Positions 28,972 to 37,927 of a DNA stretch of 64,000 bases are shown here, piece after piece. Origin of the DNA: an uncultured Alphaproteobacteria bacterium (GTDB lineage: Bacteria > Pseudomonadota > Alphaproteobacteria > Rhizobiales > Hyphomicrobiaceae); assembly GCA_963786675.1 (NCBI GenBank), contig CAWAZY010000001.1:157102-221101 (forward strand). The letters run 5' to 3'. Both the position numbers and the translations under genes were made by a program. The notes beneath the pieces were generated by a model that saw only the letters and a list, made by a program, of their open reading frames with translations, was not told where the DNA came from and did not search any database. Position 1 is the stretch's first letter, and each line of letters starts with the position of its first letter.

Positions 28972-30423
28972 GTGAACGCAACGGCCGGCCAGGATAACTG
29001 GTATCTCGCCCGCGAGGGCAAGCAGCACGGTCCCCTGTCGGACTTGGAAATGGCCAAGCTGGTCGAGTTCGGCCACTTGCGCGCGGCCGATCTCGTTTGG
29101 CGCCCCGGCTTTGCCGATTGGATGCCCGCACCCACCGTATTCCCCGAATCCCAACCCCAAGTGGCGCCGCAGCCCGCCGCCCCACCGGCGGGTGCCGCCC
29201 CGTACCAAGGTGCAGGCTCCGCCCAAACTGCGGGTGCGGGCCCATCGGCAAATGCCGCGGCACAGTCCGCGCAGCCGGGCACAGGTTTCCCGGGCGGCAC
29301 AGCCGAGACGGCACAGCCCCAAATGATGGGATTTCCTGCACCGCAGACTCAGCAGCAGCCGCGCGAGCCAGCAACCGCCCGGCCGATGGGCGGTCCGCAG
29401 CCCGGTGACATGCGAGGCATGAGCGGGACCATGCGCCCCGAGGCGCGCATGGGCTCCGGACCGCAACCAGCCTCGTCGTCTGAAGCACAATTTTCGCCAA
29501 CACCCTTGGCGCCCATGGCGCCTGCCAAACCCGCGAAGTCTGGTGGCAGCGGTTTGATTGCCGCTTTGGGCCTTCTCGCCGTGATCGGCGCCGGTTCGAC
29601 CGCCGCCTACTTTTATGGGGACACCATCAAGGCCGCTTTGTCGGGTTCCAGCGCAACGCCGGCGGACAGCCCGTCAGCGTCACAAGAAGCCATCCCGGCC
29701 GAACAGACCGCCACGCCGGCACCGGCCACGCAAGTCGCGGCGATCGTCCCTGGGCCCGCCCCCATCGATACCGCCGCAATTGATAGCGACCTGCAGCGTT
29801 CACCCATGTGGTCGCTTCTCAAGACCGAATTTCCCGACTGGTATTCCGAGCGCGTGCGCGAGGTTGGCCAGTTGAAGAGCGAAGGTAAGCCGAGCGAACA
29901 AATCGACGCCCGCCTCACGGACTCGCTGGTGGCTTTGCGCCGGCAGAATGCAAACACCGCATTAGCTGCCAGCCCAGCGCGCCTCCAAGACATCGCCGCG
30001 GCCTTCATCGCCAATCTCAATGCTCTGCAGGCCCAGAGTGTCGATGCGTGCTACGGCTTCATCAGCAAGGGCGAGGCGACGCCAGTCGCATCTGCCCTAA
30101 TGCAGAAGCCGGTTGAAGGCGCGCCTCTCCATGCGCAGCTTCAAGCGGTATTCGCGGCCGTCGCGGAGGGACGCAGGGCCCCTGTCCAGCGCAAGACACC
30201 GGAGAAGAGCGACTACGATCTGCTGGCGACCGAACTCGGCACCATTGGATGGAGCCAGGCGGACATTCAGCTCTTTGCCGACCCCAAAGCACTGTCCGAA
30301 GCCCCTCGCGATCAGGTCTGCAAAATGGTCCGCGACTGGTTCTCCGCGCATCTGGCCGTCAAGGACGAGGCGGCGCGCGAACGGTTGCTGTTCGAAACGC
30401 TGCGCCCTGTCGTCGCCGGATAG
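28972..30423 (+). CDS. GYF_2 (DUF4339)-domain membrane protein with Pro/Gln-rich linker
   Basis: N-terminal WYLAREGKQHGPLSDLEMAKLVEFGHLRAADLVWRPGFADWMPA, a long P/Q/A-rich region, one TM (LIAALGLLAVIGAG), and a ~250-aa C-terminal domain. The start is ambiguous (TTG 28954 or GTG 28972). Confidence 0.65.
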   Translation: MNATAGQDNWYLAREGKQHGPLSDLEMAKLVEFGHLRAADLVWRPGFADWMPAPTVFPESQPQVAPQPAAPPAGAAPYQGAGSAQTAGAGPSANAAAQSAQPGTGFPGGTAETAQPQMMGFPAPQTQQQPREPATARPMGGPQPGDMRGMSGTMRPEARMGSGPQPASSSEAQFSPTPLAPMAPAKPAKSGGSGLIAALGLLAVIGAGSTAAYFYGDTIKAALSGSSATPADSPSASQEAIPAEQTATPAPATQVAAIVPGPAPIDTAAIDSDLQRSPMWSLLKTEFPDWYSERVREVGQLKSEGKPSEQIDARLTDSLVALRRQNANTALAASPARLQDIAAAFIANLNALQAQSVDACYGFISKGEATPVASALMQKPVEGAPLHAQLQAVFAAVAEGRRAPVQRKTPEKSDYDLLATELGTIGWSQADIQLFADPKALSEAPRDQVCKMVRDWFSAHLAVKDEAARERLLFETLRPVVAG

Positions 30424-30435
30424 AACCACGTCGTC

Positions 30436-30786
30436 ATGCTACAGGCCACCATCAAAGTCTTGCTCACCAGCCTGTTGGTGGTGGCCGCGTCCGAAGCAGG
30501 CAAGCGCAATGTTCTGGCTGGCGCAGTCATCGCGTCCCTGCCCTTGACGTCTGTGCTGGCCATGAGCTGGCTGTATTTCGATACCGGCGATACCCAGCGC
30601 GTATCCGCATTGGCGCATGGTATCTTCTGGCTGATCCTGCCCTCCCTCATTCTGCTGCTGGCCCTCCCGTTTCTCCTCAATCGGGGCTGGGGCTTTCTGC
30701 CCAGTCTTGCGGTCAGCGTCACGCTGACCACGGCGGGCTATCTGGCGATGATCGCTCTCCTCAACCGGGTTGGGATTTCCATCTGA
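30436..30786 (+). CDS. Small 4-TM membrane protein (DUF3147-like)
   Basis: 116 aa, four hydrophobic segments, 12 nt after the preceding stop. Confidence 0.55.
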   Translation: MLQATIKVLLTSLLVVAASEAGKRNVLAGAVIASLPLTSVLAMSWLYFDTGDTQRVSALAHGIFWLILPSLILLLALPFLLNRGWGFLPSLAVSVTLTTAGYLAMIALLNRVGISI

Positions 30787-30807
30787 GAATTTTCAGATGA
30801 GCCCGGG

Positions 30808-31947
30808 TCACAGCAACCGGAATTGCCCGCCTTCAGGCACGGGCGGCACGAACAAATCGGTCCGCAGGCTCTGCCGCTGCGCATTCAGGTCCAGTCTTTT
30901 CAAAGCCAGCCGGAACCGCAGTGCGATCTGATCGGCGTAGGGTCCGCGTCCGCGCTGGCGCACGCCGAATTCGGCCACGTAGTCTTGTCCTGCGTGCATC
31001 GATTGAAGCAGACGCAGCACGCGGCCTGACCGGTCGGGCACTTCGTCGGTCAGCCATTCCCGGAACAGCGCCTTGATCTCCAAGGGCAGGCGCAAGAGGA
31101 CGTAACCTGCCTCACGCACGCCCGCGCGGTGTGCGGCGGATAAAATGGATTCAATCTCGTGATCGGTGAGACCCGGAATGATGGGGGCCACCATGACCGC
31201 CGTGGGGATGCCTGCCTCGCTCAGCTGACGCAAGGCCTCCAGACGCCGCGTCGGCGAGGATGCGCGCGGTTCCATGCGCCGCGCCAGTTGCCGGTCGAGC
31301 GTCGTCACGGACAGGGCGACTTTCGCCAGCCCGCGCGCGGCCATGCGGGACAGAATATCAAGGTCTCGGACAACCAGCGCCGATTTGGTTACGATGCCCA
31401 CGGGATGGCCTGTCCGCTCCAGAACCTCCAAAACCGACCGCGTGATGCGCCGCTCGCGTTCGATGGGCTGATAGGGATCGGTGTTCGTTCCCAGCGCCAT
31501 CGTGCGCGGGGTGTACCCGCGCGCCGCCAGTTCTCGCTCCAAGAGGCGGGCGGCATCCGGCTTGGCATAGAGTTTGGTCTCAAAATCGAGACCGGCAGAG
31601 TGGCCAAGATAGGTATGGGTCGGACGCGCATAACAATAGATGCAGCCGTGCTCGCAACCCCTGTAGGGGTTTATCGACCGGTCGAACGAAATATCGGGAC
31701 TGTCGTTGCGCGTTATGATCGTGCGCGCCTTCTCCTCCTGCACCTCGGTCTTGGAAGACATCCGGTCGTCGTCCAGATCCCATCCATCGTCAAAGTTTCC
31801 ACGCTGCTCAGCCTCAAAGCGGCCCGACGCGTTGGAACGCGCCCCGCGGCCCCGGCGCAAGCCGGCGGGGACTTGCGTGCCGTCCGGACCAACAGGCTCC
31901 GTCACATCAAACCCGTCGGTTGAAGACGTCGCATCCTCGGGTGTCAT
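30808..31947 (-). CDS. Radical SAM protein, PA0069-like family
   Basis: Cluster motif RGCEHGCIYCYARP. Track ORF trimmed to ATG 31947. Confidence 0.75.
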   Translation of the reverse strand: MTPEDATSSTDGFDVTEPVGPDGTQVPAGLRRGRGARSNASGRFEAEQRGNFDDGWDLDDDRMSSKTEVQEEKARTIITRNDSPDISFDRSINPYRGCEHGCIYCYARPTHTYLGHSAGLDFETKLYAKPDAARLLERELAARGYTPRTMALGTNTDPYQPIERERRITRSVLEVLERTGHPVGIVTKSALVVRDLDILSRMAARGLAKVALSVTTLDRQLARRMEPRASSPTRRLEALRQLSEAGIPTAVMVAPIIPGLTDHEIESILSAAHRAGVREAGYVLLRLPLEIKALFREWLTDEVPDRSGRVLRLLQSMHAGQDYVAEFGVRQRGRGPYADQIALRFRLALKRLDLNAQRQSLRTDLFVPPVPEGGQFRLL

Positions 31948-32123
31948 GCGGCCTAAACCTTCTCCGTGCCCGCTTCCGAATGCACTTGCCAATCTCTGAG
32001 GGGCAACGGCGTTGCGGCACCTCACCCGATGTTTAAATTAGAACAAAATAGGAACATTGACAAGTGGGCCGCCGCAGCCTGCTGCGATCGGGCCGCTTGT
32101 TCGGACCCGCGAAGCCGTGGCAC

Positions 32124-32876
32124 ATGGAACCCATGATCTCGGTCATCATCCCAACGCTGAATTCCGAAGCCGATCTCTCCGGCACGCTGGCGGCACTCAT
32201 TCCCGCCGCCGTCGAGGGTCTCGTCCGCGAAGTCATCATTGTCGACGGGGGGTCCAAGGACCGCACGCTGCTCATTGCCGAGAACTCGGGAGCCGAAATC
32301 GTCACCGGCCCGGCGGGCCGCGGCGCACAATTGAAAGCGGGGGCGGCCAGGGCCCGGCAGCCGTGGCTTCTGTTTCTCCACGCCGACACAGAACTCAGTC
32401 CGAACTGGGATCAGATCGCTAGCCATTTCATGGAGAAGGTCGACCGGGAGCGGGTGGCACCTTCGGCCGCGGCGTTCCGATTCCGGCTGATGGATGAAGG
32501 CTGGCAGCCGCGCGCCTTGGAAGCCGCGGTCGGTGTCCGGTGTGCGCTGTTCAAGGCGCCCTATGGCGATCAGGGGTTGCTCATTCCCCGTTCGCTCTAC
32601 GATCAGGTTGGCGGCTATGCGGCCCATCCGCTGATGGAAGACGTCGACATGGTCCGGAAGCTCGGCCGGAAGCGCATCACCATGTTGCGCGCGGAAGCTT
32701 CGACCAGCGCGCGCCGTTACCGCACGGATGGGTACGTCCAGCGCACGGCGCTCAACCTGTTCTGCCTCATGGCATATCTGGCCGGCATGTCACCGGAACG
32801 CATCCGCCGCATCTACGACGGCAAATCAGAACCGGTTGGTTCGGCCATTGCCCAGAGGGCCGGCGGAACTCCGTGA
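32124..32876 (+). CDS. Family-2 glycosyltransferase of the TIGR04283-like type ('transferase 2, rSAM/selenodomain-associated')
   Basis: MEPMISVIIPTLNSE..., EVIIVDGGSKDRT, LLFLHADTEL, PYGDQGLLI, LMEDVDMVRKL, TSARRY. This pattern is one I associate with that family. Confidence 0.7.
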   Translation: MEPMISVIIPTLNSEADLSGTLAALIPAAVEGLVREVIIVDGGSKDRTLLIAENSGAEIVTGPAGRGAQLKAGAARARQPWLLFLHADTELSPNWDQIASHFMEKVDRERVAPSAAAFRFRLMDEGWQPRALEAAVGVRCALFKAPYGDQGLLIPRSLYDQVGGYAAHPLMEDVDMVRKLGRKRITMLRAEASTSARRYRTDGYVQRTALNLFCLMAYLAGMSPERIRRIYDGKSEPVGSAIAQRAGGTP

Positions 32877-32980
32877 GAACGGATAGCCTAAACACCTGGG
32901 CTCCAATCCGTCGCGCTCCAGACCGTCGAATTCAAGACATCGGTGCTCGGCGTCAGCGTCCGCGCGGATTTCTCGTGGTG

Positions 32981-33562
32981 ATGGTGAAAGTGCCAGTGGA
33001 AGGCCGCGTCAAAACACGGCTCGCGCGCAGCATCGGCGGGCCCGCGGCGACAAATTTCTATCGTCACGCGCTTGGGACCACGCTGCATCGTGTCCAGCGG
33101 CCACGGGTATGGACGACGCTTCTGGCCGTCAGCCCGGACCTCGAGGCCCGATCTCCGGCACTCCCGCGCGGCATCTTGCGAAGGCCGCAAGGCCGGGGCG
33201 ATCTCGGAGACCGCATGCAGCGCATTTTCGATCGCTTCACGCCGGTGCCGGTGCTCATCATCGGTTCGGATGTACCTGAGGTTTCGGCGCCAAAGATTGC
33301 GTCCGCTTTCCGTCTTCTGGCGGCCCGGGACACGATTTTTGGACCCGCACCCGATGGCGGATATTGGCTTGTTGGCACCCGGCGGCGGCGGAACCTTTTC
33401 GCCAACGTTCGCTGGTCCACGGCGGATACCCTGTCCGACACGCTGCGAAATTGCGCGCGGGCGCGCGTGGGCTTGCTCGAAACACTCGCCGATGTCGATG
33501 AAGCCGCCGATTTTGACCGGTTTTCAAAACACATTGGCCGGCGGATTGTGCCGCCGGCCTGA
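32981..33562 (+). CDS. DUF2064 / TIGR04282-like glycosyltransferase-like protein
   Basis: Only the C-terminal 193 aa of track ORF 32540-33562 look real: MVKVPVEGRVKTRLARSIG..., QGRGDLGDRM, LIIGSDVPE, GPAPDGGYWLVG. The upstream part overlaps the GT2 gene out of frame. Confidence 0.7.
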   Translation: MVKVPVEGRVKTRLARSIGGPAATNFYRHALGTTLHRVQRPRVWTTLLAVSPDLEARSPALPRGILRRPQGRGDLGDRMQRIFDRFTPVPVLIIGSDVPEVSAPKIASAFRLLAARDTIFGPAPDGGYWLVGTRRRRNLFANVRWSTADTLSDTLRNCARARVGLLETLADVDEAADFDRFSKHIGRRIVPPA

Positions 33563-33592
33563 TGTGTTCGCGATCTGACTGCTGTGGCAACC

Positions 33593-34096
33593 TTACGCCG
33601 CCGACTGATCCGCATTGGCGGCCGCTGTCACCGGCATGCAAATGTCGATCCGCTGCTTGTCCTCCGGGACGAACTTCGGATTGTCGAAATAGATCTCAAT
33701 GACCGGTCGGCGTGTGTCGACCACGAGCCCCTGAGTTGGCATCCAATCGTTGCGCAGGGTCGATATCGCCATAGCTAGTCCATTGGTGCCACCAACATGA
33801 CGCCGGCGGGCATAGGCGCCACCGGGCAGGCGGCGCACCGAAAAGCTCTCCGGAATCTTGGACCTATATTCGTCGGCAAGTTCGATGCAGGCTTCGTACC
33901 GGCACATTTGTGCCGCCACCCGCCGCGGATCGTCGAGCAGCAGCCCGTAGCCGGTACCCACAGAGTTGATCACCCCGCTCTCATACAGCCAATCGAACAT
34001 GGACTTCCAGGACGCGGCAGCAGAGACCGAATACGGTCCCACCGCGCGCACCGTGGCCACGTTCAACGGCCGCAGATAGACAAAGCCTGAGCTCAC
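33593..34096 (-). CDS. GyrI-like small-molecule-binding domain protein
   Basis: 167 aa. The pattern ...VATVRAVGPY...YGLLLDDP...CRYEACIEL...GGAYA...H.G...IEIY.DNP is typical of AraC-effector/GyrI-like domains. Confidence 0.6.
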   Translation of the reverse strand: MSSGFVYLRPLNVATVRAVGPYSVSAAASWKSMFDWLYESGVINSVGTGYGLLLDDPRRVAAQMCRYEACIELADEYRSKIPESFSVRRLPGGAYARRRHVGGTNGLAMAISTLRNDWMPTQGLVVDTRRPVIEIYFDNPKFVPEDKQRIDICMPVTAAANADQSAA

Positions 34097-34273
34097 GACG
34101 CCTCACTCTCGCCTTTCGGCGTATCCCGCACTTGCCGAAAATCTCTCCGGCAATCTTCGGGAACTTTAGCAGTCGGGCGTTCAGTCCCATTTAAGTCTGG
34201 CGTTAAAACTTAGGAGCAATTCTGTGTAATTTAAGAGTGGATTTGGTGCGAACACGGATTTGGACGCTGCCTC

Positions 34274-35203
34274 TCAGCCAGCAGCCGCCGCAACCGCCTG
34301 CCGAACCTCAAGAAAATCGCGCCATGCTTGCCGCTTATGTGCGGGCGAGCGCAATAGAAACGCGGGGTGCAGACTGGCAATGGTTTTATATTTGCGGCCC
34401 GATATCTCTGTTTCCAGCCATTTCCCTCGAAGGCGCAAAATACCTTCCTCTGATCGCGTAATATGCTTGGCGGCCGAACCGCCCAGCAGCAACAGCACCC
34501 GAGGATTGACCAATTCGATCTGCCGCTCGATGAACGGCCGGCAGACCTCGGCCTCTTGAGGGGTCGGCGTGCGGTTTCCAGGCGGACGCCAATAGACGAT
34601 GTTCGTGATGTGAACGTTATCTTCACCATAGCCAATCGCCGCGAGCATGCGATCGAGCATCTGACCCGCACGGCCGACAAACGGACGCCCCGCGATGTCC
34701 TCATCGCGGCCGGGCGCTTCACCGATGATCATCAGGGGTGCCGCGGCAGCACCGCGGTAGAAGCAGAGGGATTTCGCCGTCGTCTTCAGGCCACAGCCAT
34801 CAAAAGCGTTGAGCGCGGCCCCGAGGGCATCGAGCGACTGGGCCTTGCGGGCCGCCGCCCGAGCGCTGCCGACGGCCGAGTCCGGCGAAACCGCAGCCGG
34901 CCGGCGCGGCGGTTGAGCCAGTGGTGGCGGTGCCGACCCTGTCGCTCGGGCGGTGCCCGGGGGGGCCGTGCTTGGAGCGCGCATCGCTTCGGCGGCGGGT
35001 CCGGCCCGCGGTGCGACACCTGCCGGGACGCTGGCCAATGCATCCTCTGGCGAGGGATCACCGGAAAGTTCAAAGTCCGCCCCCGGGGCTGCGCGGCCAG
35101 GGGTCAGCCAATCGATAGCCTCGTCCGCGATGACGGCGTCCGCCCCCATCGCCAACGACCATTCGAGGACGGATGCTAGAATCTGCCGGTCCGGGTCTGA
35201 CAT
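34274..35203 (-). CDS. Uracil-DNA glycosylase, family 4, with Ala/Pro-rich N-terminal extension
   Basis: C-terminal domain with LMIIGEAPGRDEDIAGRPFVGRAGQMLDRML and ...LHPAFLLR. Track ORF trimmed to ATG 35203. Confidence 0.8.
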   Translation of the reverse strand: MSDPDRQILASVLEWSLAMGADAVIADEAIDWLTPGRAAPGADFELSGDPSPEDALASVPAGVAPRAGPAAEAMRAPSTAPPGTARATGSAPPPLAQPPRRPAAVSPDSAVGSARAAARKAQSLDALGAALNAFDGCGLKTTAKSLCFYRGAAAAPLMIIGEAPGRDEDIAGRPFVGRAGQMLDRMLAAIGYGEDNVHITNIVYWRPPGNRTPTPQEAEVCRPFIERQIELVNPRVLLLLGGSAAKHITRSEEGILRLRGKWLETEISGRKYKTIASLHPAFLLRSPAHKRQAWRDFLEVRQAVAAAAG

Positions 35204-35442
35204 GGCCCCACCATGGCGCTGGCCGCCAGATATGTCTATGTCCCGCCACCCGCAGCTGCTTTCTAATGCCTGGCTCGAGCGGGTGGCGTCCATGGGCCGC
35301 GGGGGCATCCGCAGAACCTTCCGGCGACGTTTAGCGGTCCTGTGACGGAACGCGCGGCGCGCTTGACGGTATGGACCCCGCGACCTAATCGAAATTAAAT
35401 CTCGTTTTTCCCCGAAAGCACAAGCCGAAGGACAGTCAGCAG

Positions 35443-37125
35443 ATGGCGCATGACAATGCCGAGTTGCCGCCGCGCGACGCCATGGAATTCGATGTCGTCA
35501 TCGTCGGGGCCGGTCCGGCCGGACTATCAGCAGCCATCCGGTTGAAACAGAGGGCGGCGGAAAAGGGCGAAGACCTGTCTGTCGTGGTTCTGGAGAAGGG
35601 CTCCGAGGTCGGGGCCCACATTCTCTCCGGCGCCGTCATCGACCCGGTCGGCCTCGACCGGCTGATCCCCGATTGGAAAGCCAAGGGCGCGCCCATCGAA
35701 ACGGAAGTGACCGAAGACCGTTTTCTTCTGCTGGGTCCGCAGGGCGACCTGCGTCTTCCCAATAGTCTGATGCCGCCCTTGATGAACAATCACGGCAATT
35801 ACATCGTGAGCCTGGGCGCTGTCACGCGGTGGCTGGGCGAGCAGGCGGCGGAACTTGGCGTTGAAATCTATCCCGGCTTCGCCGCTGCGGAATACCTGAC
35901 CGACGACAAGGGCGCGGTCGTGGGCGTGGCGACGGGCGACATGGGTGTTGGCCGCGACGGCCAGCCCAAGGACGGCTTCGTGCGCGGCATGGAACTGCGC
36001 GGGAAGTACACGCTGATCGCCGAGGGCGTGCGGGGTTCACTCGCCAAGCAGCTCATTCGCGCCTACGGCCTGGACAGCGAGAGCGAGCCGCAGAAATACG
36101 GCATCGGTCTGAAAGAGCTGTGGGAAGTTGCGCCCGGCAAGCACCAGCCGGGTCTCGTGCAGCATTCATTCGGCTGGCCGCTCGGCAATCGCACGGGCGG
36201 AGGTTCGTTCCTCTATCATTACGGTAACAACCTGGTGTCGGTCGGCTTCGTGCTGCACCTCAACTATGAGAACCCGTATCTGTCCCCGTATGACGAGTTC
36301 CAACGCTTCAAGACGCATCCCGCCATCCGGGACACATTCGAAGGTGGCAAGCGCATTGCCTATGGGGCCCGCGCCATCACCGAAGGCGGCTGGCAATCGC
36401 TGCCAAAACTGACGTTCCCGGGCGGCGCGCTACTGGGCTGCTCGGCAGGCATGGTCAACGTGCCGCGCATCAAAGGCAGCCATAACGCCATCCTGTCCGG
36501 CATCGAGGCCGCAGACGCCATTGTCTCGGCTTTGGCGGAGGGACGCGCCCATGATGAATTGACCGATTATCAAACCGCGGTCGTCGACGGCGAGATTGGC
36601 CGCGATTTGAAGCGCGTTCGCAACGCCAAACCCATGTGGTCGCGCTTTGGCACGGCCATCGGCATTTCGCTCGGCGGTATGGACATGTGGCTGCGCACGC
36701 TGCTCGGCGGCTGGTCGCCGTTCGGCACCTGGGCGCACCGCAAGACCGACGCGGCAGCGACGAAGCCGGCGCGCGATTACAGCCCCATCGCCTATCCCAA
36801 ACCCGACGGTGTGCTGACGTTCGATAAACTCACCAGCGTCTCGTTCTCCGCCACCAATCACGAGGAGGATCAGCCGGTCCATTTGAAGCTGACGGACCCC
36901 ACGATCCCGATCGACGTAAACCTGCCGACTTGGGCGGAACCGGCGCAGCGCTACTGCCCGGCGGGTGTCTACGAGGTGGTGCACGACGAAAAGGGCGGCG
37001 CACGGTTCCAGATCAACGCTCAGAACTGCGTCCACTGCAAAACCTGCGATATCAAGGACCCGAGCCAAAACATTACGTGGGTTTGCCCCGAAGGCGGCGG
37101 CGGGCCGAACTATGCTGAGATGTAG
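35443..37125 (+). CDS. Electron-transfer flavoprotein:ubiquinone oxidoreductase
   Basis: 560 aa with FAD fold FDVVIVGAGPAGLSAA and the C-terminal 4Fe-4S segment CPAGVYEV...NCVHCKTCDIKDP...WVCPEGGGGPNY. Confidence 0.93.
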   Translation: MAHDNAELPPRDAMEFDVVIVGAGPAGLSAAIRLKQRAAEKGEDLSVVVLEKGSEVGAHILSGAVIDPVGLDRLIPDWKAKGAPIETEVTEDRFLLLGPQGDLRLPNSLMPPLMNNHGNYIVSLGAVTRWLGEQAAELGVEIYPGFAAAEYLTDDKGAVVGVATGDMGVGRDGQPKDGFVRGMELRGKYTLIAEGVRGSLAKQLIRAYGLDSESEPQKYGIGLKELWEVAPGKHQPGLVQHSFGWPLGNRTGGGSFLYHYGNNLVSVGFVLHLNYENPYLSPYDEFQRFKTHPAIRDTFEGGKRIAYGARAITEGGWQSLPKLTFPGGALLGCSAGMVNVPRIKGSHNAILSGIEAADAIVSALAEGRAHDELTDYQTAVVDGEIGRDLKRVRNAKPMWSRFGTAIGISLGGMDMWLRTLLGGWSPFGTWAHRKTDAAATKPARDYSPIAYPKPDGVLTFDKLTSVSFSATNHEEDQPVHLKLTDPTIPIDVNLPTWAEPAQRYCPAGVYEVVHDEKGGARFQINAQNCVHCKTCDIKDPSQNITWVCPEGGGGPNYAEM

Positions 37126-37254
37126 CTCCAGCAGGTTCCGAAACGACGCGGCACGCCGCCTTCAAAAGCCAACATGAAGGCGGCGGCTGAACCTCGACGT
37201 CAATAACGGGACGTCCGGCACGGGACAGGCATCAGAAGCTCTTCAGATCCGGAA

Positions 37255-37638
37255 TCAGGGCGTGGAAGACGAGCCGCCGTCGCGACCGTCCGGCATGTCC
37301 GGAGCCGCTCCAGGGACCGGCTCTGGGGCCGCTTCCCCGTCCGGCAGCAGGTCCGGCCGCTCGCCGGCTGCCGGTTCGCCCTCGACCTCGGCATCTCCCG
37401 CCGGCTCGCCGCCGCTTTCCCCGAACCACGACTGATCGGCCGGTACTTCGTCGCCTAGCTCTTCTTCGACCGCGATCTCGATAGCTATGGCGCGATCCTC
37501 GGCGCGCGCCGGCACCAACTCGAAAATCAGCATTCCGGCAGCCAAGATCACGCCCGCGCCGTGCAGGCCGGGCACCGCAGCCGACAAATGACGCTTTCTG
37601 ATGATTATCCTGGCCGTGGTCACGGGTCGCGTCTCCAT
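37255..37638 (-). CDS. Possible small single-TM protein with strongly acidic Pro/Glu-rich tail
   Basis: The part of track ORF 37255-37953 starting at METRPVTT has G/C-biased third positions, one hydrophobic segment (GAGVILAAGMLIFELV), then an E/D/P/G-rich tail. I recognise no family, and the start is uncertain. Confidence 0.3.
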   Translation of the reverse strand: METRPVTTARIIIRKRHLSAAVPGLHGAGVILAAGMLIFELVPARAEDRAIAIEIAVEEELGDEVPADQSWFGESGGEPAGDAEVEGEPAAGERPDLLPDGEAAPEPVPGAAPDMPDGRDGGSSSTP

Positions 37639-37927
37639 TGCCGGTCTGTCGCGATTCGCTGGAAATTGACCCAAGCATCTGGGCTGACCCGAGGAAATTG
37701 CCGCAGCCGGACCGGATGCCCCGTTTGCGCCATTTCCACGCGTCATACGGACTCTTGTACTATCTGTTGAGACTTTCGGCCGGCCTTTGGAAGGTAAGGG
37801 TAAAAAGTCTCCTGACGCGCTATTGCCGTGTCGCCAAGTCCAGCCGGTCTTTGCTACACTCGTTCTCCACACCGACCTGTCTACCGATGAGCCTTGAGCG
37901 TCGGAGACCGCGAGAGGAAACCGGTTC

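Noticed and set aside
32540-32980. N-terminal 147 aa of track ORF 32540-33562
   Set aside because: It overlaps the GT2 gene in another frame. The recognisable DUF2064-type sequence begins at MVKVPVEG (32981).
37155-37184. Hairpin after the ETF-QO gene as a terminator
   Set aside because: It has a good 10-bp stem but a 10-nt loop and no downstream T-run, so I did not list it as a feature.
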